Source: Octopus bimaculoides
Taxonomy: Eukaryota
Direction: 5' to 3'
DNA length: 64,000 bases
Assembly: GCF_001194135.2 (NCBI RefSeq)
Contig: NC_068982.1
Span: forward strand, 31,083,916-31,147,915
The first letter of the stretch is position 1. Each line of letters starts with the position of its first letter. The notes beneath the pieces are model-generated. The model had not been told where the DNA came from. It saw only the letters and a program-made list of their open reading frames with translations, and did not search any database. Below are positions 25,240-37,137 of this stretch, in pieces. The translations under genes were made by a program, and so were the position numbers.

Positions 25240-25405
25240 GTTACGGTCTTGAAAGCAGCTGTCCTAGTCCGATCACCGAAGTTAAGCAACGTCGAGCCTA
25301 GTGAGTACTTAGATGGGTTACTGCATAGGAAACCTAAGTGCTGTAAGCATGTCACACTTGCCTTGGCGGCGTCCTAGCATGGCTTTAGGACTGAAACGTA
25401 TAAAA
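25240..25405 (+). mobile_element. 5S rRNA-derived element (SINE3-like or 5S pseudogene with a SINE tail)
   Basis: 25240-25350 aligns by eye to metazoan 5S rRNA (gtccgatcaccgaagttaagcaacgtcgagcc...agtacttagatggg...gtgctgta) with an ~8-nt 5' deletion and many substitutions. It is followed by ggcggcgtcctagcatggc...gactgaaacgtataaaa, resembling the SINE A tail. Confidence 0.85.
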
Positions 25406-26171
25406 TATTTTATATATATGTATATATGTATGCATGTATGTATGTATGTATATATATATATATATAGTAGAATAAGAAATAGAAATCGTTGGCACAGTAT
25501 CCTATATCTGAAAACATGAATAGTTATGTCTTAAAGTGGAAAAATTATGAGGAAACCCATTTTTATTAATTAAAAAAAAAAATTATATATATATATATAT
25601 ATGTATGTATATAATTTCTTTATTTGTGAATTAAGGCTATCATTCGCTTCATGCCTTACTAAAAGTACTTAATACTACCACACGCCTTTGGATACTAACC
25701 TATCAACATTAACTTCCCCTATTCAATTCTCTCTATTCAATTTCATACTATCGTCTCCCCCTACAATACCAACTCGAATTCATTATCCCATTAAGTACTG
25801 TTATATAAACCATGAACTCAACCCCTCTCTACATACCTTAGTAATCTCTCTCAGCCACGGAAGTTTTACCTTACTTCCTTCAAAAAATGTCATTCCGTTT
25901 TCTGAAACATTAATTCTATAGCTTCATACAAAACTAATACAAGATTACAAATCACATGATACTTACTCCAGCCTCCTCTCATCCTCCTATATCCACCTCA
26001 ACTACTACTACTCCCTGCTAGCCTCTTTGCTAACACCCATTCTTGAACTATCTTTTCTCACCATTCCCTATCTTACCCCCCCCCCAGCTTCCCCCTCTAT
26101 TATACTTTGCTCTCTACATTCAATCAGTCCATCTATGAATATTTCTCCTATAACATCTTAAATGTAAGATC

Positions 26172-26258
26172 TCTTCCTTGAAGACGGAATTTTGTCTCAT
26201 CCTATGATAGAATCAACATTATTATGGGGCGCCAAACCGCCAGAAACAGCTGTTGGAT
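26172..26258 (+). ncRNA. Degenerate hammerhead-like motif
   Basis: TCC-TTGAAGA-CGG...CCGCCA-GAAAC-AGCT-GTT-GGA. C3 is U, stem II is imperfect, helix III palindrome ACAGCTGT. Confidence 0.45.
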
Positions 26259-26743
26259 TTGTAATACTTTTCCTGCACCCCTTTAATTCTCCATATCATT
26301 TCTAATCTGTGTAAAGTGAACCTTTTTATATGTATACATATATACATTTTTTGTATTTCATATATTTAATACACTTTATATATTGATCTGTCTTATTCGC
26401 TTATTCCTACATCCGTGTTGTACGTTTATCTAATGTACATTTATCTAATGTTCTTCTTACAGGTAAGATGAAATTTTGTATGCTCGCTACTCGTAAATCT
26501 CTTTGCCAGTATATATACAGTGAGGCTTTACTATAGCGCCGTATATTATCGACTGCCATTTCCAGTAAATATTGTTGCTTTGTTGGACCGCTATTCTATA
26601 TTTATACTTTAACCTTGTGGTACTTTGTTTTACTGGATAGCAATACTATTCAACTGCACTATTTAATCATTTTTTCTTTGGAAAACTTTTTCACTGTTCT
26701 CGGTTCTGTTAACAGCTTAGGTGTTCAGGCGAGTATACTGGCT

Positions 26744-26850
26744 CTGAAGTAGCAACATTCAGAATTTTGTCTCGGTGAATCTCGCTAAGGAGAACTAATC
26801 AAATTTACGTTAACAAACGTATTTTGGAGAGTTCGAAACCTAGGTAGTAG
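26744..26850 (+). ncRNA. Degenerate hammerhead-like motif
   Basis: CTGAAGTA-GCAAC...GTTC-GAAAC-CTAG-GTA. Helix III palindrome ACCTAGGT; core and stem I are mutated. Confidence 0.35.
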
Positions 26851-27216
26851 ATTATCTGCATGTGAGTTGTACGTTCTTCTTACATGTAAGACGAAAAATT
26901 TTTTATGTCCCCCCACAATCCTTGACAGTATATACACAGTGAAGTTTTATTATAGCGTCGTATATTATCGACTGCTATTGGCAGTATATAGCGGTGCATT
27001 GTTGCACCACTATTTTATATTCATATTTTTTTGTTACCCTATAATTTATTAATAATGATAAAATTCTTTTTCAATAATTTTCTGAAAGAATTTCGGCATT
27101 TTTGTATTTGCTGCCGATTAGGTAAACCGCAAATACGCGGTATATTTTGAAAAATTAGACATAGGAACACGAACCATGCTGCTTATTGACTCGTGCTTCA
27201 TATGTTGTCTGGTCAT

Positions 27217-27295
27217 TTCTGCTGATGATAGTCCGACCTTGTTAAGATATATAATTTTTATCTTACTAAAATTGACTTGAAACCATGGTACAGAA
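27217..27295 (+). ncRNA. Type I hammerhead ribozyme, near-intact
   Basis: Stem I TTCTG/CAGAA; CTGATGA 27222-27228; stem II AGTC/GACT closed by a T.T mismatch and extended by TAAGATA/TATCTTA; GAAA 27279-27282; helix III palindrome ACCATGGT; predicted cleavage after GUA at 27290. Confidence 0.72.
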
Positions 27296-27649
27296 TATAG
27301 ATTGGTAAAAGTTTTTATTTTTCATTTCCTTTCGAAATTATCCCTAATTTTTGTGGTATATAGTCTTTTGCTGCTATTTCTAGCGAGTAGATGTCCTATT
27401 ATAGGCATCTCTGCATTTTAAATANNNNNNNNNNNNNNNNNNNNNNNNNNNNNNNNNNNNNNNNNNNNNNNNNNNNNNNNNNNNNNNNNNNNNNNNNNNN
27501 NNNNNNNNNNNNNNNNNNNNNNNNNNNNNNNNNNNNNNNNNNNNNNNNNNNNNNNNNNNNNNNNNNNNNNNNNNNNNNNNNNNNNNNNNNNNNNNNNNNN
27601 NNNNNNNNNNNNNNNNNNNNNNNNNNNNNNNNNNNNNNNNNNNNNNNNN

Positions 27650-28071
27650 GGTACTTATTTTATCTAACTCTGGTTCAAGGCCAGCAATTTTTGAGGGGAG
27701 GACTAAGTTGATTACATCGCCTGAAGTACTTCACTGATATTTATTTTATCGACCCTGAAAAGATGAAACGGAAAGTCAACCATAGAGTAATTTGAACTCA
27801 CAGTAAATATGGACAAAATGCATTTTGCCCAGAGTGTTAACTCATGATTCATTTTTTTTTTTACCATAGGCACAAAGTCTGAAATTTGGTGGGAGGGTGA
27901 CAAGTTGATTTCATCGACTCTAGTGCGTATCTGGTACTTAATTTATCGACCCCGAAAGGATGAAAGGCAAAGTCGACCTAGGCGGGATTTGAACTCAGAA
28001 CGTAAAGATAGATGAAATACTGCTAAGCATTTCGCCTGGTGTGCTAACGTTTCTGTCAGCGCGCCGCCTTA
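27650..28071 (-). mobile_element. SINE family B tandem copies (about 27650-27850 and 27860-28071)
   Basis: Reverse complement of the family B head, core and tail, twice. Confidence 0.88.
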
Positions 28072-28519
28072 GGTGCATATAAATATTGATACGGGAAGGG
28101 GCGTGAAAGAAATGTGGTGTCGGAGGAAGAAGAGACGAAAGTATAGAAGAAAAGATAGAAAGAATGATAGTGTGTATTAGTGCCGAGTACATTGAATGTT
28201 AGAAGTGATAGAGAAATGCGTGGAGAGAAAAAAATAATTATATTTAATCATGATGTTCGAAAGATTGTTTAGGTTGCTGGTATACTGAATAATTTTAAAT
28301 AGAGAAATGATAGTTCGGTGCAAAGAAATAAAAGGTAAAGAAAAAAGAAAAGTAGAAAACGAATGAATAGTGATGGGAAATTGAAGATGATAACTAACAT
28401 GAATATTTTGCGATGGAATGCATATCTCTACATTTAAACACAATACGTAATTGTTCAAAATTTTCCTGCCAGGATATAAGCACATGTTGCAGAGACTTAC
28501 AGGTGCATATCTACAGATT

Positions 28520-28632
28520 CACACATATAACGCGCGCGCGCACACACACACACACACACATACATACATACACACACAAACACACAAACAGACACGCACC
28601 GTGACAGAGACACACGTACGCATACAGAGATA

Positions 28633-28675
<43 letters not shown>

Positions 28676-28698
28676 ACACACATATATATATATATATA
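28520..28698. repeat. (CA)n/(TA)n microsatellite
   Basis: Direct reading. Confidence 0.95.
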
Positions 28699-29270
28699 TC
28701 CCGTTAAATCAGTTAATATGGATCATAAATTCAAACTCACGCACACATATAGCCTAATGAGGTGTACTATCATTTTCCTATACACTTCAACTTGTAGAAA
28801 ATGAAATTCGTGACATTTTCACAAAACTGTATATATTATCTCTATATACGGAATTGTCTAACAAATATATGCGTACACACGTGCGCGCACATATATGTTA
28901 AAATTTATGTTGTGTGAAAGAAATTAACTACACCAATATGAACAAGATACATGGTAGTAGCAGTAGTGCCAAACATTTGGTGCGGTTCGCACTATGAAAC
29001 GTACCAGCACCAAATAAGACAGTGGAAGCATTTAAAAGTAAAATATACATGTCCTTTGACAAATCAAAACATTTATATTGCAAAATCGATAGCTTCTATT
29101 ACATCATACCTATCTCTTACTGCAGAATCACAAATTATGAAAAGTTTTGAAACTTCTACAATTTCATTCACAAGGAAGAGAATCGGACGGTAATTTGTAG
29201 GGTGATGTCTGTGACAGTCTTGTTTCTACTCTAAATCTATCTAGTTAGAAGTAAATATTATAACGGAATG

Positions 29271-29475
29271 TAAGGCGGCGAGGTAGCAGAATGCCTAGTG
29301 GCATTTCCTCTGTCTTTTACATTTTTAAGCTCGAATGCCACCGAGGTCGACTATGGCTTTTATTCTTTCGGGGTCGAGGAATTAAGTAACAGTTGAGTAC
29401 TGGTGTCAGTCTAATTGATTGTCAACCTCCCCAAAATTTTAGGTCATGTGCCTATAATGGAAAGGGTTATTATAA
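29271..29475 (+). mobile_element. SINE family B
   Basis: taaggcggcgaggtagcagaa...gaggtcgactatggcttttattctttcggggtcga. Confidence 0.85.
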
Positions 29476-29702
29476 CAAGATGTGAGGCGTCATCTCTTTA
29501 AATACCTAAGTTGATGTGTAAGTTTTCAGTTATGTCCATCTCATATGTTATTGAGCTTTATAAGGATGAAAGTGCTAATATTCCAGAATGGAAGGTTAGT
29601 TATTTTAATAATACAAGAATTGACTGAATAAAATATTTTTTTTCATTGATCTTAACTAACTTACGTTTAGCACGTTAATTAGCCGGCATATACAGCATCT
29701 TA

Positions 29703-30092
29703 GGGGAAATCCAATGGCCCAGTGGTTAGGGCAGCGAACTCGTGGTCATAGGATCGCGGTTACGATTCCCAGACCGGGCGTTGTGAGTGTTTATTGAGCG
29801 AAAAACATCTAAAGCTCCACGAGGCTCCGGCAGGGGATGGTAGCGAACCCTACTGTACTCTTTCACCACAACTTTCTCTCACTCTTTCTTCCTGTTTGTG
29901 TTGTGCCTGTATTTCAAAGGGTCAGCCTTGTCACACTGTGTCACGCTGAATATCTCCGAGAACTATGTTAAGGGTACATGTGTCTGTGGAGTACTCAGCT
30001 ACTTGCACGTTAATTTCACGAGCAGGGTGTTCCGTTGATCGGATCAACTGGAACCCCCGACGTCGTAAGTGACGGAGTGCCAACATACAACA
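29703..30092 (+). mobile_element. SINE family D, full length (tRNA-like head, RTE-like tail)
   Basis: A box tggcccagtgg, B-box-like ggttacgattccc, tail ...cgtcgtaagtgacggagtgccaac. High identity to the minus copy at 56009-56391. Confidence 0.9.
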
Positions 30093-30626
30093 CAGCATCT
30101 TACCTTTAATGTGATAATATACTGTCGGAATTGTTTGGTGGCTGAGTGTGTTTGTTGAACTGCTATATAGCAGTCCACTAAAACACACTCTATATAGCAG
30201 TCCACCAAACAACATGAATTTACCAACTGTCACAAAATTCAAACCAAGACGGCTGGATAGGGTGGCCTTTAAGTCGAATATTCTAAACTAACGGAGACAA
30301 AACTTGAATATCAACTGAGAAAACACAGCTGGATTTCATTATGCAAATAAACAGTTGCATAATCAAATACTTGTACTTTTGGTGAACCACATTGGCTGGA
30401 AACAATTGTAGTGATTAAAAAATAACTATCAAACCGTAGTTGTGGTTGGCTCCAATTTCTTCAATTTTATATTACACGACGAATACCCAAACATAAACAT
30501 GGAAGTATATAGTAATGCTACCCCATAGTATTGGGTAATTCTGAGGGTGTACGAGCTTTATATTGTACTCTGCCGTGTTCCTAACGGAATAATATACCAT
30601 AACTAGATATATGAATATACAATAAC

Positions 30627-30685
<59 letters not shown>

Positions 30686-30710
30686 GTCTATCTATCTGTC
30701 TATCTATCTA
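30627..30710. repeat. (TATC)n microsatellite
   Basis: Direct reading. Confidence 0.95.
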
Positions 30711-32055
30711 TTGATGATGTGTTAGTGATATCTTGGGTATTGGGAATATTTGGTTTTGTGATTTTTTTTTCTGACGTCTCATAAAACATTCATTTCTTTA
30801 AAATTGCTGAAAGACTTAAGTCATTATTTAATGTTTCGAAAATTATTACATCTACAAAAAAAAAAAAGAAAAGAAAAGAAGAAAACAAAGAAAAGAACTT
30901 TACTTTTAAACGCTTCATTTGCTTCTTTTGCAATAACATTTTCCTGTTCTTTCCCCCTTGAAACAAGTTCATCCACGTTTATAACAAAACAATCAGATAT
31001 TGGCTACACCGCTCATTAGCTACCCCATAAACTTCATATAAATTTTAACTACCGGCGTTATCGGCATTTCTTATCTCAATACATTAACGAATTAAAAAGA
31101 AACATCTAATTCATAACTAAGTAAACCAAATGATTTATTCTATCTGCAATGTGTACTCCGTATAACAAAATTTAAAAAAAAACTGGGAACATAATTCGAC
31201 TTCAAAAGCTTTAATGATAACTAAACAAATCTAGTTATACCATTTGCACTGTGAAAATTTCACACTGACGACGGTGAATATCAAAAGGTTTATATTTTCG
31301 CAGACATACATATATCTTTTTGCATACAAATATACATATCCTGTGCACTATATTTTATCTCTACTACTGGGTCATTCCACTCACATTTCTCAACCAATGG
31401 TTATATTGTCATCCAAGAAGATTACTTTGTTATATACAATCCAAACATCTCTTTACATTTGCACTGTCGGTTTATTTCACCGAATATCATGTTTCATTTA
31501 TCATAATCATCGAATAAAAGACAAGATTAAACAGGAAGGAAATATTTCAGAGGTTTCAGCTTCCAATATATTATATTATTTTACATTCACACACACACGC
31601 GCGCACGCGTGTATATATATATATATATATATATATATCTATATATATATATATATATATATCGTAACATATAATTGCTAGCCAAGAGTGGCGTCCAATA
31701 CGGGATAGTGCTACTGACATTNNNNNNNNNNNNNNNNNNNNNNNNNNNNNNNNNNNNNNNNNNNNNNNNNNNNNNNNNNNNNNNNNNNNNNNNNNNNNNN
31801 NNNNNNNNNNNNNNNNNNNNNNNNNNNNNNNNNNNNNNNNNNNNNNNNNNNNNNNNNNNNNNNNNNNNNNNNNNNNNNNNNNNNNNNNNNNNNNNNNNNN
31901 NNNNNNNNNNNNNNNNNNNNNNNNNNNNNNNNNNNNNNNNNNNNNNNNNNNNNNNNNNNNNNNNNNNNNNNNNNNNNNNNNNNNNNNNNNNNNNNNNNNN
32001 NNNNNNNNNNNNNNNNNNNNNNNNNNNNNNNNNNNNNNNNNNNNNNNNNNNNNNN

Positions 32056-32101
<46 letters not shown>

Positions 32102-32457
32102 TTATACATACATACACATGCACCACAGGTTTACACAACACATAAGCAAAAAGTACAATATATGATTAATACTACTCCCAGAACAAATAAATATAAGGCT
32201 AAAACAAACAAAATTATCTTGTTCGGCCCAAACATTCAGCTCATACGATTCCACGCCGAAAGCCACATTATTTTTCACAATACTCCAAAAATATTTCCAC
32301 TCCAAGAAGTGTCACAAACTAATTAAAAACAACATCAAATCGTAATAAATTCGAAAACTGCACAAAATTATAGTTACCAAAACTATCTAAACAGTTCCAA
32401 CTTTAGAATCTCTTCATTTTGCCTTCAAGAAAGAAACTGTCACACAAGCAATATCGC

Positions 32458-32516
32458 CTGTAACCTATCTTACCATCTGTAACCTATCTTACCATCTGTA
32501 ACCTATCTTACCATCT
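32458..32516. repeat. 19-bp minisatellite, three exact copies (ctgtaacctatcttaccat)
   Basis: Direct reading. Confidence 0.95.
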
Positions 32517-32859
32517 ACTTACATTCATATATGAACAGTTCAAAAGTTCATGACCTAAAATCTGACACAGCTAGACAAACACCCAATTACAAATGTTTGA
32601 ACACTGAGTTGAATTCTGACCTTTATCTTTCACATTCCCAAAACAAAAGATTAAATCTTCTGTTACATCCAGATAAAACCAACAACTCGTCAGAGTCTCG
32701 TCAGGTGAGATTGCCAAAAACGTGCCTTGTTTAATAAATTCAGTTTCTCTTAGTTCGATTATACAGCATGTCGTTATTTGCCTGTAGGTAGTTGCCTACA
32801 GGCTTCGTGGGTTTCGAATGATTGATAGAGTGCTAAATAAATAGATAGAGAGATAGACA

Positions 32860-32928
32860 GATTGATAGAGAGAAAGTGAGAGGGAGAGAGATAGACAGAT
32901 AGGTAAGTAGATATATAGACAAATAGAC

Positions 32929-32966
<38 letters not shown>

Positions 32967-33030
32967 ATAGATAGAAAGGAGGTAGTTAGGTAGGTACGTA
33001 GACTGGTAGAGAGATGGATAGACAGTCAGG
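32860..33030. repeat. (GA)/(GATA)n microsatellite
   Basis: Direct reading. Confidence 0.9.
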
Positions 33031-33572
33031 TGATAGTAATTGTAAATTGGGTCCCGTAAGTCCGATATCTTTCAATATACGTATCACTGTTCACTCTTTC
33101 TGTCATTCTGCACCCCAACCCATTTTAAGCATCTCATGCATTTACACAACATATCTCTCCACGCATTTTCGTTTGCTTTGTCCTGTTTTTGCTTCCTTCT
33201 TTTCCCACTACTTTTTAGAGCATACTTTTAAATTGAATACTTATACTTTTGTTGGTATGAATATTTAAATGTAAAGTGTATGCGAGCATGTGTTGCCATG
33301 TGTTTACATACATGCAAAAGCATACGCAACTGAATAGACACTGGCGATTTATAAGTAAACTTGCATATACATACATATGCATATACATGTATAAGTCTTT
33401 GCGTCTCTTACTGTATGTATTAATGTGTATACATATATAGGCAATGTAATGTTTCTGTTGACAAACGTGGTAGATTACGAGTGAATATTTATTGCATAAT
33501 ATATAATTCAAGTGCGCATAAACTCACATATATGCATGCATGCATGTCTATGTTTGCATACATGTACGCCTA

Positions 33573-33619
<47 letters not shown>

Positions 33620-33628
<9 letters not shown>

Positions 33629-33826
33629 GTTCACCAAACGCAGTTTATTATTTAAGCTTACGTCGATTCCTCTGTGGTGTTATTTTGCATTTATAATATA
33701 ATAAATATATACAAATTATATAAATTAAAAAAATATGCAGTAAAGTACTAATTTTACTTCGCGGATTTTCACCCATCACAGTGGGGTTTGGAACGTAGCA
33801 TCCGCCATATTCAACGGATTACTGTA
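33620..33826. mobile_element. Tigger/pogo-like MITE remnant
   Basis: Right end gcggattttcacc...ggtttggaacgta...ggattactg-TA and left tatatcacggttcacc resemble CAGTAATCC-type termini of MER2-type elements (from recall). Confidence 0.5.
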
Positions 33827-33989
33827 TGTATATATATACGCATATGTATATATAATGTATTATACAAGTGTATATATGCATGAGTGTGAAACGTATTGCT
33901 TTCTGTTTTTTACAAGTTTCAACAAAATAACTGCAGCCAATGTGTGGAGCACTGCCTTTCGAATGACTTTTTTTATTCCAAATTTTCCG

Positions 33990-34400
33990 GCCTTCTTTCT
34001 TCCGGAACTTTTTCTGGCGGAGAAGCGAGTTAGACGGCGTTACTCTTCTTGGTATTTTACGCCGCGTTATCCAAATGTCTTTCACTCGCAGATCTCGGGG
34101 GATGACTGGTACGTTTTTGAATATCTTGTGTCCTTACTCTAGATGGAATCTTTGATAAAATGCAGTGGCGTCTAATTTATGGTTGGTGTAGCTTTCAGTC
34201 CTAAAGTTGGGCGCTAGACCTTACAAACTCTTTGAGATGTACATAACCGCATACCTTTCACATCTCTCTAGCGAATAGAGTCTCTTTTCTTTTAGCCTCA
34301 CCCAGGAGGTAATCTGTCGCCCTGGGTCAATTTTCTTAATGCTGTGGTGTTCAATAGCTTCAAGTTCTGGTGTTAGCTTGAGTCTCTGCGGAGGTGACAG
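33990..34400 (-). mobile_element. CR1-group LINE 3' fragment
   Basis: Minus translation LEAIEHHSIKKI...WVRLKEKRLYSLER.ERYAVMYISKSL*GLAPNF. Confidence 0.8.
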
Positions 34401-36700
34401 TTGGAAATAATCCAGGCGGTTGAGAAGAAATTTTCTCCATAGTAGTGAAGTGCAAAACTACTTGCACGTTAATGTCATGAACTGGCTGTTTCTCTGATTG
34501 AAACTACTGACATCACTTGTCCTCGTAACCGATAGAACATAGTGCCTCGTTACANNNNNNNNNNNNNNNNNNNNNNNNNNNNNNNNNNNNNNNNNNNNNN
34601 NNNNNNNNNNNNNNNNNNNNNNNNNNNNNNNNNNNNNNNNNNNNNNNNNNNNNNNNNNNNNNNNNNNNNNNNNNNNNNNNNNNNNNNNNNNNNNNNNNNN
34701 NNNNNNNNNNNNNNNNNNNNNNNNNNNNNNNNNNNNNNNNNNNNNNNNNNNNNNNNNNNNNNNNNNNNNNNNNNNNNNNNNNNNNNNNNNNNNNNNNNNN
34801 NNNNNNNNNNNNNNNNNNNNNNNNNNNNNNNNNNNNNNNNNNNNNNNNNNNNNNNNNNNNNNNNNNNNNNNNNNNNNNNNNNNNNNNNNNNNNNNNNNNN
34901 NNNNNNNNNNNNNNNNNNNNNNNNNNNNNNNNNNNNNNNNNNNNNNNNNNNNNNNNNNNNNNNNNNNNNNNNNNNNNNNNNNNNNNNNNNNNNNNNNNNN
35001 NNNNNNNNNNNNNNNNNNNNNNNNNNNNNNNNNNNNNNNNNNNNNNNNNNNNNNNNNNNNNNNNNNNNNNNNNNNNNNNNNNNNNNNNNNNNNNNNNNNN
35101 NNNNNNNNNNNNNNNNNNNNNNNNNNNNNNNNNNNNNNNNNNNNNNNNNNNNNNNNNNNNNNNNNNNNNNNNNNNNNNNNNNNNNNNNNATATATATATA
35201 TATATATATAATGTATATGTTTACACACAGTCTCACGCACTTGTCTGTGTGTGTGCTTGTTTCTATAGCTATGCAAATTCCAACGCTGTCTGTTCAAATC
35301 ACCGTTGATTATGTTGTACGCATTTATGCTCTGTAATACAATTTGCTCGATAAATACAAACTGATAGCATACGCAGCACACTGAAGTACTGGGATTGATA
35401 TGATTGTCTAAAAATTCTTGAAGGCAGTATTATAACACAATAACCATGTTTTGACAGAAACCAGCATTAAATAAAAATATACACGAACATGCAAACATGA
35501 ATATACGTACAACTATGAACGTAGGCGCACACCTTCATATACATATATATTTTTATGTGTGCGCGCGTACAAGAGTTTGAATTTTAAATACATGAAAATT
35601 ATTATATTTTTTAAATCATTTATTTACAACCCAGTAACATCTTATTTTTGACATTAAGGTTTCTGCTGAACGTGTTTTAACCCATAAACAAAATTTTGTT
35701 CACGTGGTAAAATAATATATTACATATTATATTTAAAAAATATTTATATATGGAAATTAATATGCGTATGCTAGTATAAATGTTGGCATGTATGTTTGCT
35801 CATATGATAGAAATGTATGCAAGCACACATGTCCTTGTATATGCTTTCTATGTATATTTACTGACAGATTAACTCGAGCCGCTATAAAACCTTATCTATT
35901 CACTAGTATAACTAGATATCACCTAATTTTCTGAAAGAAACCTTACGAAACAAAGAGATAAATATTTTCTAAACTGATGATAGTGCTGTTGGCAGTATAT
36001 CTGCCATCCAACTTAGGTTTAAACCCAAGTTACAAGAGTTAAATTTCACTTAAATATGTATGTGTGAATGCATTGAACTAATTAGCTACTGTAGCATATT
36101 ATATATTTATGTAGTTAAACTATAGTAAAAAATGGTAAAGGAAATCTGAAAGCAGATAGCTTAAATCTGCAAACTATGGAGAAACAAATAATGCTTAAAG
36201 AATTCCGCATGCCAAAAATATATTGCTTCTCTCATACAATTACAGCCAATCCACTTAAACTGATTTTGATTTTGAATGTTTTCATCCTATTCAAGAAACA
36301 AGGGCTGCGTTGTACCTCCGTTATATCAGTACGAAATGTAGTAGACTGTGCGGATAGTATATATAAATGCTATATGGACCACTGAAGTTTTGCATGCGTA
36401 CAATCCAATATGTTGCGCCATATAGCGCATTCAAGGAGCATCACTGTTTTGGACGTATTAGAATATCAGAGTAATTCTTAATTGTAACACTGTGACCATG
36501 ACAGAAGTAATGAGACTGAGTCCCTGAGTGTTTCGAAGACTGATAAGTCGTTGTCTTGGCTGAGATATTTCCCTGGATTTTGTGTAGTTGTTTATAGAAT
36601 AAAATATTATCAGGATGCACTCAAAACGATTGAGTGGTGAAGGTTACCTTTTACTTTCCAATAATAAACAAATGCTTTTACTTTTCAATAATAAACAAAA

Positions 36701-37137
36701 TAAAGGTGCCGAGCTGGCAGAAACGTTAGCACACTGGGTGAAATGCTTAGCGGTATTTCGTATGCTGTTACGCTCTGAGTTCAAATTCCGCCGAGGTCGA
36801 CTTCGCCTTTCATCCTTTCGGGGTCGATTAAATAAGTACCAGTTACGCACTGAGGTCGATATAATCAACTTAATCCGTTTGGCTCTCTTTGTTTGTCCCT
36901 TCTGTGTGTAGCCCTTTGTGGGCAGTAAAGAAATAAGAAACTTTAGCACACCCGGCTAAATGCTTAGCGATATTTCGTCTGTCTTTACGTTCTGAATTCA
37001 AATTCCGCCGAGGTCGACTTTGCCTTTCACCCTTTCGGGGTCGATAAATTAAGCACCAGTTGTGTACTGGTGTTGATCTAATCGACTGGCCCCCTCCTCC
37101 AACATTTCGGGCCTTTACCTAGAGCAGAAAAGAATAA
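36701..37137 (+). mobile_element. SINE family B dimer; first copy has alternative tail 2, second is 5'-truncated with tail 1
   Basis: First copy ends ttaatccgttt...gtagccctttgtgggcagtaaagaaataaga. Second ends tggccccctcctccaacatttcgggcc...agcagaaaagaat. Confidence 0.92.

Larger units (their letters stand above)
25650..27420 (+). mobile_element. Mosaic of Penelope-like 3' ends
   Basis: CT-rich tract, three HHR-like motifs on the same strand, AT-rich post-HHR tails, and a ~100-bp direct repeat. Confidence 0.5.

Noticed and set aside
25240-25350. Functional 5S rRNA gene
   Set aside because: 5' deletion, many helix-breaking substitutions, no T-run terminator, and a SINE-like tail.
30790-31000. 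Minus-strand candidate exons (NVDELVSRGKEQENVIAKEANEAFK; DVIIFETLNNDLSLSAILKK*)
   Set aside because: No recognisable homology; the first lacks a pyrimidine-tract acceptor and the second rests only on a poly-T run.
32458-32516. CRISPR-like short repeat array
   Set aside because: 19-bp units are contiguous with no spacers, there are no cas genes, and the context is eukaryotic; it is a minisatellite.
36545-36585. Possible hammerhead ctgataagtcg...ggctgagatattt
   Set aside because: Two core positions are wrong and there is no stem I.
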